A stretch of DNA of 64,000 nt from Octopus sinensis (taxonomy: Eukaryota), in the NCBI RefSeq assembly GCF_006345805.1, contig NC_043005.1, forward strand, positions 106,764,001 through 106,828,000, written 5' to 3'. The position numbers were made by a program, and so were the translations under genes. Of this stretch, positions 53,182-64,000 are shown piece by piece (within the stretch, counting starts at the first letter, position 1; each line of letters starts with the position of its first letter). The notes under the pieces are model-generated. The model was not told the DNA's origin. It did not search any database and was given only the letters and a program-made list of their open reading frames with translations.

Positions 53182-53610
53182 TAAATTAATCAAAATAAAA
53201 ACATGATGCCAAGGATTCAGCGGTACATATGTTTTGGTCCTTTATTAGACGGATTTATAACAATGCATAATGTGCGTCTGTGGCCTTCTTCAGCCGCGTA
53301 CAACTACTTCTTCAAGGACATGTATTACATCAAAAATTCTTGGTTGGGGATGCAAATCCTCTCATTCGCGTACGACGTAATGCGGCAACAGCATAAAAAT
53401 GAAGCGTCCATCTCGTTCTTCTCTCAATGAGAGGATTTGCATCCCCAACCAAGAATTTTTGATCAAACACATGTCCTTGAAGAAGTAGTTGTACGCGGCT
53501 GAAGAAGGCCACAGACGCACATTATGCATTGTTATAAATCCGTCTAATAAAGGCCCGAAACATATGTACCGCTGAATCCTTGGCATCATGTTTTTATTTT
53601 GATTAATTTA
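53182..53610. mobile_element. Foldback element: 185-bp inverted arms with a 59-bp spacer, probably inverted PLE pseudo-LTRs
   Basis: Arms 53182-53366 and 53426-53610 differ at five positions. The ORF track gives near-identical peptides on opposite strands. Contains a hammerhead motif. Confidence 0.85.
53495..53572 (+). ncRNA. Minimal type I hammerhead ribozyme motif
   Basis: Helix I GCGG(53495-98)/CCGC(53569-72); core CUGAAGA (53499-505); helix II A.C plus GGCC/GGCC with an extra AGACG/CGUCU stem; GAAA (53557-60); palindromic helix III ACAUAUGU; predicted cleavage after GUA at 53568. Confidence 0.8.
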
Positions 53611-54720
53611 TATATATATATATATATTTATACATACATGCATATAAATATATACATATACATATATATATACACATATACATATACATATACACACACA
53701 CACACACACATATATATATGCATACTTACAAATATACACTTACATAGATCCAAATATACACATACATATACACACACATATATATATATACATACACGCA
53801 CAAATATCATATATATTTAGATATAGATATATGTACATACATATATCTATATATGTATGTATATACACGTACAAGGAATGTATAGATATTAATCATAATT
53901 TTGCTGATTAATTAATTCATATATTTTATTATTATAGTATTAGCTCATTTATGAAATAATTGAAATATCAATACACGAAGGAAGCAACGGATGAAGACGC
54001 GAAAGTGTACGCCGGCAACAAACTACACCTCCGTACATACATAACGCCTCCGTACATATGGAAATACACATACACACACAATCACACACACATACACACA
54101 CACGCGCACACAAATAAACACGCAATTATATGTATACGAGCAGTTGGGTAACATTCTTCTAACTAAATTTTCACACGAAAATGTATTAACACGAATAAGC
54201 GCCAATCCGCATCCAGAGACACCAGCTTAACTGGCGTAACTATATAAACGTACAACTACTAAGACTATATGTAGATGTTCACGTATAAAGTAACACATAA
54301 AAGTAACATATATTACAATAGGCAGATACAGTATTTATACGGAAAACTTGAGAAACACGCAGAGATATTTACTGCAAAGGGAATGTGAAATTTAATTAAA
54401 TTTACTAATTTCAGCTTGCGTACTTCATTTCTTCCACTATTGGTATTTAATGATTTCCTCCCCTGTACTGTGGTTGTATATGTATGTACACTCCCCCCAC
54501 ACACACATACACAAATTTATGTGTATATATGTATATATATATGTATAGAGAGAGAGAGAGAAAGAGAGAGAGAGTGAGACAGAGAGATGTATGTATATAT
54601 ATGCATGGGCACATGCAGTATACCTATTTATACGTACATATGCACACGCAACCATAAATGCATACGTATACGTATATATGTGTGTATATGTATATATATA
54701 TATATTATATATATATATAT

Positions 54721-54756
<36 letters not shown>

Positions 54757-54877
54757 CATATACATACATTCATATACCTATATAATGTATAATTAATATA
54801 TGACTATATATATTACGTATATGTGTATCTATATTTATGCGTGTATATATATATATACATATCAATCTATCTAGCTA

Positions 54878-54908
<31 letters not shown>

Positions 54909-55900
54909 ATCTATCTCTATATATATGTATGTATATCTATATGTTGGACAAATTATAGAAACGAAGAAAGAATGCATGCACCACCAACAGAATGCAAAAA
55001 TATATTCTAACGTATACACTACATAAACATACACACCTTCAAATGTATATGGATATCAAGGAAAACACAAAAGATAACAAGTATGGAAAATTCTTTTTAC
55101 AAAACGATCCTCCTTCCCCGCAAATTATGTAAGACTGAAAAACCATAATAAAAATTGAGGTCCATAATTAGTTTGGTTTTATCAGAAGATTTAAAAGGTG
55201 ATTAGGGACTAATTTAGTTAAACACATTTTCTGGAAAACTTCTAACTAGATGCTGTTGGCACGTACATAACGTTTCTCCGAGTTTTATAAACTCTTTAAC
55301 TGCTATTTTTCCTCGTACAACTGTTCTCTAGTGCGACTGCGTGCAACTCCCAAACACATATACAAGCATACATAAATACGTATATATATATATGTATGAG
55401 TTTCAGTGTGTATAAATGTGTTTTAGCGTATAAATATTCAACTCTTTGGGAAAGGAATTGGCAAATTAACCGAAAATAAAAACAAACTGAAATCTAACCC
55501 AGATACTGTAACATAACATCGAATAACTTTATAATCATGAACAGATCCGCAATGCAGTACTATCGCACAGTCGTATGCTTTTCACATGCAGAGATACACA
55601 CGCGTATACACATTCACTCATGCATATACATACACATGCACAAACATCTTATTTTTTCACGTGACATTGTGCGTGTGAGAGGGCGTGTGCGCATGCGAGC
55701 GTCCTTGTGTCTGTGTTTCTCTCCATTACATTTTGGCAACTTATGTAGATTTATTTATGACCCATTAGCATCGCGGTTCGGGTAGAAGAGTCCAATAAGC
55801 TTAAAACTAGTACTGACAATGATTTCCTGTACTAAATCCCTCAAGACAATATCCAGCATGGCCGTAGCCTAATCCCCGAAGCAAATCAATTACGAGAAAG

Positions 55901-55946
<46 letters not shown>

Positions 55947-57699
55947 TTAAATATTTAAATATGTTCTAACTATTATATAGTTTTTATTATTTTTTTGCAA
56001 TTTACTTTATCATTGGTATTTTATTGTTATTTTAATTTTAATATTTCTATTATATGTAATTTTCTAGATGGTGTAATTTAATTGTTTATTTTGAATTGAT
56101 AAAAGGTGGGTTTTTTTCTAATTTATATAAATATATATCATATTCTGTGAAATTTGATTTAGCATTTCTAAATTGAATTTTTTTCCCTGTAAGTTAGGAT
56201 TCATATTCCCTCAAATAATTATATATATATATGCATGCACCCCACATGCTCAGTTTATGTAAATTAGATCCTACCAACAGTTTTCGTCTTTTGAATTGAA
56301 ATCATAAGTGTTTCTCAGCCGGACGTTGTCGGCGAATGCATTGCCTCAAATATATCTTACCTTTTGTCGAATATATTTAACCTTTTGCGAATGGTATTCT
56401 TTTTGGATGTCCCTGCTGGCAGACGTTGCTTTACGAGGAGTAATGAAGTTTTAAGAAACTATTCTTGTAACTGTTAGAAGACGTTAAACCGATGTAACCG
56501 TATTTTATTATTTTAAACACCTGGCAAGATCATTCATTGTCTCAATTTGGAAACAATCTGGATACGACATCTCAAAGAAAGGAAATACCAATATTCCTAC
56601 ATACATGGTAGTACTTGCTGAAAATTTTAACCTACAGAAAGCGAATTCAGAGAAATTTTCTTGATTATCTCTGAAAAAGATATTATTCATATAAATGTAA
56701 CTTTTGTTAACTGTGGACTGAATACATTTAATCTTTGTTGATGCTTAAACTTCAATTATTAAATATGTTTCCGTCTATTTATAATATAATTATTTATGAC
56801 GATGTCATTCGATACAAAGTTGTTTTAATCATATCATTTCTCTTATTCTACGTCGAAAATATAGCAGGTTTTCAATATTACCTGAATTCACATCACTGAA
56901 ATATCGACTTGGTTATAAATCTTACCGCTTCACTATCGTTTCTCTTTAAAACACTACATCTTCTCTACTTCAGGAAATAAGTGCTAACTTAGTCCGAAAA
57001 TCATACATTTTAGAAATCACAGTGAGTCTTGTTCTAAGAAAGGATTAAGGTAAAATGGTATCCGGATAGATTTGAACGCAGAACATAGAAATCAGTGTAT
57101 ACCACCGCTGTATTCATTAATGCAGTCTTGTATCTTTATCAGAAAGTTCATCGGAATCAGACATAATACATGAGCGAGTATAGTTTGTAATATGTATTAC
57201 ACTTTCACCAATCTTTGCCACAAATAGACACAGATACTTCTACACCCATTACCTTTGATATAGTTTAAAATCCAGCAATATTAAAACATTGTTCCCCTTG
57301 TTTTTGTGTGTTGTATGTAGATGATAATGCAAACATAAAATATCACAGGTTTCACCTTTGAATTGTTATACGTAGATCTCATAGTCTGCTTTTGTATGTT
57401 GCATAATATTTTGAGCATTTCCTCACGATTTTTCTGCAACTAATGCAAATTCACTTATTTATTATTTTTCCGTATATTTTGAAATATGTTTAGTAACACG
57501 TTGTCACGCTGCTTCCTTGCTTTAGCAGTCTCAGTTGCCGGATCGGAATAACCAATGTTATGATTTAAAAAAGGAAAAAAAATCGAGCTTCTTATCAAAT
57601 ATACAAACTCTGCAGATGTGCTGAATACAATTTTCTTTGTTTGTAATCACAGATGTTCATCAGTCCCAAAATGTAAATCTACACACATATGTAAATATG

Positions 57700-57932
57700 T
57701 GTGTGTCTGTGTGCATGTATATGTGCTTGTTCTCCATCACCACTTGACAACCGGTGTTGATGTGGTTAGGTCTCTGTAACTTAGTGGTTTGGCAAAAACA
57801 AAAATGGCCGATAGAATAAATACCAGGCTTTAAAAAAGAAATAAGTCTGGATTCGATTCAATCGACTGAAATTTCTTCAAGATGGAGTCCCAGCATTGCC
57901 ACAGTCTAATGATTGAAACAAGTAAAAGGAAA
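57700..57932 (+). mobile_element. 3' half of a diverged family A SINE
   Basis: cttgacaaccggtgttg...gtaacttagtggtttggcaaaa...cagcattgccacagtctaatgattgaaacaagtaaaagg. Confidence 0.8.
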
Positions 57933-58386
57933 GTAACACATACATACATGCATACATACATACATACATACATACATAGATGCATGCATACATACATACA
58001 TACATACATACATACATACATACCTACATACATACATACATACATACACACACACATACACACACACACACACACACTCGTGCCTGTATATCTAACAAAG
58101 ACCTCTTCCAGAACTTTAGACATCTCCTTTAGTTGATCATAAGCTACTGCATTTTACTTTATAATTGTTTATTGACGAACTCAAATAAATTTGTATGAAG
58201 TTGTATTGTGCCCATTGACAGATATTCATAGGCGTTAATTCAGTGATCATCCCCTCTTTGTTTGACGCATAGAACATGTAAAAATTGTACTGTGTGGGAT
58301 ACATTTATCGCCATCCATTTCTACATCGATTTTGCTTTCGTTCTGTTTTCTGAGGAACATCTTATTTGTTTCTAATCCGAGAAATA

Positions 58387-58952
58387 TTGGGTTGCCCGGA
58401 AAGTTCGGGCCGATTTTTAAAGGAAAGAAAAAGGTCAATAAATACTTGCCATTACATTTTTAATCAACCAAATATGAACCATTTTGTTGCACAATGGGTC
58501 TCCATATTTCCTTTAACTTGAAAATACCCTCTTCCAAGAATTGAGCTGGTTTCATGGCAAAGAATTCATCAAGGTATCTTTTTACGTCATCCAAGGAATT
58601 GAAATTTTTACCGTTAAGACTATTCTGCAGAAACTTGAATAAGCGGAAATCCGAAGGAGCAATATCTGGTAAATATGGAGGGTGGAGTAAAACTTCCCAG
58701 CCTAGCTGCAGCAATTTTTGTCTGGTTCCTAAAGTATCAAGTGCCGAAAATGAACTTTCTTATCTTCCATTTTAAAGGGTTACAGAATTAACACAGCTTA
58801 TAGGAATATAAATCTTCTTCCACGAAAAGATAGATTAAACTGTGCTCTAAATGGAGGTGTAGTCAAATCCTATTTTATGGACTCAACCATGTTCTAAAAT
58901 AAGTCGAAAGGTAAGCTACTATAAATCGGCACGAACTTTCCGGACAACCCAT
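58387..58952 (-). mobile_element. Internally deleted mariner (566 bp) with TIRs and TA TSD
   Basis: TIRs ttgggttgcccggaaagttcgggccgattt / aaatcggcacgaactttccggacaacccat. C-terminal peptide LGWEVLLHPPYLPDIAPSDFRLF (YSPDLAPxD motif). Confidence 0.95.
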
Positions 58953-59064
58953 TATAACTATATTGACACCCACCTTCCACCAAATATGCTATTGTTGTTG
59001 TTTTGCTTTAAAATAAAAATGAAATAGCAACAAAATATCAATATTATTTGAAAAGTACAGCAAT

Positions 59065-59478
59065 GGCGCAGGAGTGGCTGTGTGGTAAGTAGTTTGCTAA
59101 CCAACCACATGGTTCCGGGTTCAGTCCCACTGCGTGGCATCTTGGGCAAGTGTCTTCTGCTATAGCCCCGGGCCAACCAATGCCTTGTGAGTGGATTTGG
59201 TAGACGGAAACTGAAAGAAGCCCGTCGTATATATGTATATATATATGTGTGTATGTGTTTGTGTGTCTGTGTTTGTCCCCCCAACATTGCTTGACAACCG
59301 ATGCTGGTGTGTTTACGTCCCCGTCACTTAGCGGTTAGGAAAAAGAGATCGATAGAGTAAGTACTGGGCTTACAAAGAATAAGTCCCGGGGTCGATTTGG
59401 TTGACTAAAGGCGGTGCCCCAGAATGGCCGCAGTCAAATGACTGAAACAAGTAAAAGAGTAAAAGAGAGAAAGAGAGT
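59065..59478 (+). mobile_element. Full-length family A SINE
   Basis: Complete head, CORE-like motif, internal microsatellite and (gtaaaaga) tail. Confidence 0.95.
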
Positions 59479-61329
59479 AATAACCTGAATGAACACGTGT
59501 GACCCCTCAGTATGCTATGCATAGTAGCTAGATCTACCTCAAACCCTCATTTACGTAATTAAATAAATACAGACTATAAAACTAGATATAACTTAAAAGA
59601 TGTGATGGTTGCGGTTGATATACTTCATTATCTGGTGTACCGCACTGGGGTGGCCTTGGGCTAAATTACACTAGGAGAGTAATTCATTCTTGTCTTCTTA
59701 TTAGCACATTAAATCTCTCTTTGAATAAATGGCTGGGCTTTTATTTCATTGTCATTGAGCCGCCCCTCCCTTTCAGAACCCAATTTCTTTAACAAACATT
59801 TGTACGTGTTTCTTTAATGAAACTTTAGAGAAAGGCACCACTGCATCCATATCTCTTCTTCCATTATATCACTCATAAGTACATCTGGCAGACGGATAAT
59901 GTTTCTGATTGCAGAGAATCATTTGAATAATTGCTAATTACATTGACTACATACTATTGAGTTTCTCAATATTTGCACATATAGAGCAATTTTATTTAAA
60001 CTATTTTGACCATTGGCGTCATGCTTTGATTTCCCGCCAATCTATGTGTACATTTGCTGACAAACTTTTCCCTTCCATTCTGTAGTTTCTGTGTTAGTTA
60101 TATGCTGTGATTGTTATTAAAATTGTTTTCATGACTGAAATTGTAATAATCTCAGTATATAAAAGTGAATATACATTCTTATATTCTAATTTATAGGCTA
60201 CAGTTTTGCACTTAAATTGCTGAAAATTTAGGCAGAGAGGATGCGTCGTGTTTTGTAACATTTTCTATAATTTCTTCTTTTGTCTCTTAGCTGGAAAACG
60301 ACTGCATAGCAACAAGTACTACAATAAACCCTGGAAAATTTTACGGAAAATAAATATAATTCATTAAAACAAATTCTATATCTCAGTACGATTTCTTGAA
60401 TCGGTATCGTTTCCCAGAAAACGTATTGGTTTTTTTTTTATATAAAAAACAAAACAAAAGACTCTTGTGGATCTCTGTGAAAAGTGAGGATTATGAAGAA
60501 ACTGTTGCTAGGGATAAGTCTCTATGTAGTCTCTCTACTCAACTACGCATCCTCTTTACTCACTAAAAACACGCAGTCAGATATCCTTAGATTCACTGGG
60601 TGATGTTAATCACTTGATATAAAGAAGATCGGCTACTTTTACGTATTAATATCCTCGATTAGGCTGGGCATGATGCTAAACAACACCTGAAAATCAGAAG
60701 GCATTGAAGACGATGTGAGATGCTAAAAGGTAGAAGCAGTTAACAAGACCAATGTTTGGAGCTGAAGATAAAAATCGGGATTCTCTTAAACATCCGTGTT
60801 ACTCAGAAATATATATCTATAGGTAAGATTATTAATGTTATTGTAGTGGTTGTTTAGTCCTAGATAAACCCAAAGTTCGTATTTTCTATATAAGAAACTC
60901 TATTGCTCAATGTGTATCCGCATTTGATTTGTTACATGATGTCGTTATAATTTGCTGGCCATCCAGAATGGCAATTATCAATGTTCTGAGGCTGGTGAGA
61001 AGAATGGAAGTGACTATTGTTAGACTGGAGACTCATCCAAAAGGCTTGCATCAGAATGGACTCTATTAACGTCATGCAAGAAATAAGTGGATGTGTTAAA
61101 CCGGGCGACAGATGAAGTCTAACAACCAACAAAAATGTTTTCCAAGAGATTCTGTTAAGCAAATTTCACTCACTAAGCCCTTTTGGAATGAGCTTATTGC
61201 TGAAAAGAATTCTCAAGATGTTACTTAGTAGCTTTGAACTCCAAAGCACAGAGTCACGGAAAGCTCATTTCTTGAACACGCAACCATGTATACGTTCAGT
61301 AAGATGTAATTATTTTTTACTTGAGATAC

Positions 61330-61505
61330 AAAACCAGCAAGTTTCAGCCGAGGGGCTTAGTTTATACTACCGACCTTGGTATATGGGTGGTATTTTAATT
61401 TATTTGCTCTAGAAGTGTGAAAACCAAAGTTGACCTCGGCGGATTTTGACCTGAGAACCTAAAAGCCTGAAGAGATACCATATGGCATGTTTCCAACGAT
61501 GGATA
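61330..61505 (-). mobile_element. Decayed family C SINE
   Basis: gtgaaaaccaaagttgacctcggcggattttgacctgagaac. Confidence 0.6.
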
Positions 61506-63290
61506 TCTAGCAGCTATTTCGAAGCAATTGACTGACCTCTCCTTGGTTTCCTTTAGATCATCTCCTATCCCGTGGTTCCAAAGGTATGTCATACCACCCT
61601 CACCTATGAAGGTGTGAGTGAACCGTACATTTTAAGTTTAATTACAGCGACTATATATGTGCGAGTAAGGTTTCGGATCTGCTGTAATTATCCGAGTGTT
61701 TCAAGCGGGTGTTGTGCATGAAAGGTTTGGAAATACTAGTCTAACCACTCTAACCATTTGCGATTTGGTAAATTAAATGTAATTCATGACAAGAAATATA
61801 ATTAATAAAATTTAGAGAAATTATTAGATTGTTGAGTCAGTTGACATTTATATGTTTTAACACTTAGCATATCGCATTTCACGGTTGAAATCCCTGAATA
61901 TAAAGCAATGAAAATGTAAAAATAATATCTGTTATTATAAATTTAGTTCTTTGCCATTGTTAGTCAGTTTTGTAATGTAAAAATAAAGTTTCGATTTTTT
62001 GTTTTCTTCGCCATCCCCAATACAAACATAATTGTATTTTTAATCAGTTGTTTGAAATCTATTGCGCCTCTCTTGCTTTCCATTTTAAAAATATTTTTAA
62101 CTTCATTGTTACAGTTCACTGATTTCAAATTTCCTCTTTTGACCAGCTAATTAATTGTAGAGACGCAATTAAAATAACCGCAAACATATAATTGGCTTTA
62201 TATTTAATAATTTCATATTATATTATTTTTCCTTATATATTTTTTCCTTTCCAACAGAAGGTTATAGCTGGTTGAATCTGGTCCAGACCGGACGGTAGTC
62301 AAAGCACAATCTCCCCACTCCTCCATTACTCGCCGCGCTAGTAGGATTTGAACTTGGAATCAAAATGAAGTAATATAATGAGTCTGACCTTCTGAGTTAA
62401 GCCATTTTTATCCTTCTGTCGGAAATATATCTCAAAACCGGATTAATCAATCGATAATATTATCACCCACCTCCCGCCAACCCACCTCGAAGCTGAAAGT
62501 TAGTTGACCTTAGGATGCAAAAGATCAAATTAAATAACATAATACGTGTAGTCCGGTGCTTTACCGTTTCTATCTTGCAGGATCTCTTCCGAACGGTGGG
62601 AATCTTAGATCGACCTCAGTAATTGATTTTATTGACTGATAATTTATAGACTAATAACGAAAAGCAAAGTTTACTTCATCGTGATTTGAACCTATGATGA
62701 GAATGCGATCGATAAAGCCGTGGGAACGTGCATTTGTACGCGCAAGTACATCAGCTGTTGCGATCGATACTACGCGTACGCGAGAAAAATGCACGTGCAG
62801 TGTGCGCAAAAAATCCGGCTGGCTTGGAATAATGCCACAAAAAGCAGTATATTTAAGAGACCCAAAAAAGTAAGATGCAAAAGAGATATATTCTTCAAAC
62901 CTGGCATGAAGGAAGGAAACACTATTTGGTTTCTCAAGAAGTTTTTTTTTGCCTTAACTTCGTTTAACAAGACCAAAAATTTTATTGAAATAAAAGCATG
63001 CTTAATTATTTTTTAATGAAAAGAACTGGTTAAACCATGTTTGTGTTCTCCCAGTCAACAGCCTTATCATTACTGGTACTTGCATATTTGTATGAATAAA
63101 ATCGTTTTTCTTTGGAATGGAAAATAATCTATCTTTATTTCTTCTTTAGCTGGTGTCTCAAATTTAGGTTAAATCAGTGTTTCTCAAAGGGAAGGCTTAT
63201 GGGACGGTCGGGCAAGTTGTTCTGAGAAAATTTGGTTAAAATGTTTGACAACTCAGCACCGTCCATTGGATGGGTGGGGGCGTTTTACTC

Positions 63291-63325
<35 letters not shown>

Positions 63326-63898
63326 TTACAGTTCCAAGTTCAATGCGATGTAACGCGAATTTTTCTGATACAAATATTTAATCAGATGTCGTAACTCATG
63401 TGCTGCCCATCATAGGCATATGAGTGATGATGACGCTTTGTAATCTCATCCACCTTTACCGCGTGTAGGTTTTGATCCTGCAAAAATACCTGCAAAAACA
63501 TCTCCACTGACCAAGCTCACTGGAATTCTGAGTTTGTCGCCAGATTTTGGCAAAATGTCTTCCACAGAGTTTCGGTGTTAAATTTCAACGAGGTGAACTC
63601 AGCCCATGGATTATAAGCGCATGTTTATAGGCATTTGAAAGTATGTTTATGTGCATGCGGGAATGTGCCTTTGTGTGACATGTGCATATGACTGAGCTTG
63701 TCTGTGACATGTGCGTGCAAGTGTGAATGTGTACATGAGTAAATAAGTACTTCGAATAACAGAATACTGCATGGCCTTCACCAAAGCAAAACGATAATTA
63801 CCAAATGAAATAATGTGCTGATATAACCGTTTGTAACTCCTGAAAGCAGTACACAAGTAAGGCCGCACAACGTAAAATAACTACAGATCTATCATAAA

Positions 63899-64000
63899 GC
63901 GCAGGAGTGGCTGTGTGGCATGTAGCTTGCTTACCAACCATAAGGTTCTGGGTTCAGTCCCACTGTGTGGCACCTTGGGCAAGTGTCTTCTATTATAGCC
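63899..64000 (+). mobile_element. Family A SINE 5' part (runs off the window edge)
   Basis: gcgcaggagtggctgtgtgg...gggttcagtcccactgtgtggcaccttgggcaagtgtcttc. Confidence 0.92.

Noticed and set aside
53203-53430. Twin 75-aa ORFs (MMPRIQRY...) as a duplicated gene
   Set aside because: They are a by-product of the inverted repeat, read antisense to the ribozyme motif, with no domain similarity.

Overview
AT-rich, repeat-saturated eukaryotic DNA with one 100-N scaffold gap (30633-30732). The SINE families and the dense (TA)n/(TAA)n/(CATA)n microsatellites look like an octopus genome; this is inferred from recalled repeat families, not from a database search. I recognise no host protein-coding exon, rRNA, true tRNA or CRISPR array. 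Almost all short ORFs in the track are microsatellite read-throughs. The real coding signal is all transposon-derived: R4/Dong-clade RLE LINEs (one young 2.6-kb copy and three decayed or partial ones), Penelope-like (PLE) RT fragments, three mariner remnants, a Tc2/pogo remnant and Helitron pieces. Around these lie many tRNA-derived SINEs (labelled A-D here), a MITE and an 80-bp minisatellite. The most interesting signals are (i) a 185-bp-arm foldback at 53182-53610 whose right arm has a complete minimal type I hammerhead ribozyme motif while the left-arm copy is point-inactivated, (ii) two more foldbacks and several hammerhead-like relics, most next to (TA)n tracts, and (iii) a ~7-kb (TAA)n tract used by several Dong-like LINE families and by a 556-bp non-coding element with no tRNA head. 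Coordinates and counts were made by eye and may be off by a few bases.
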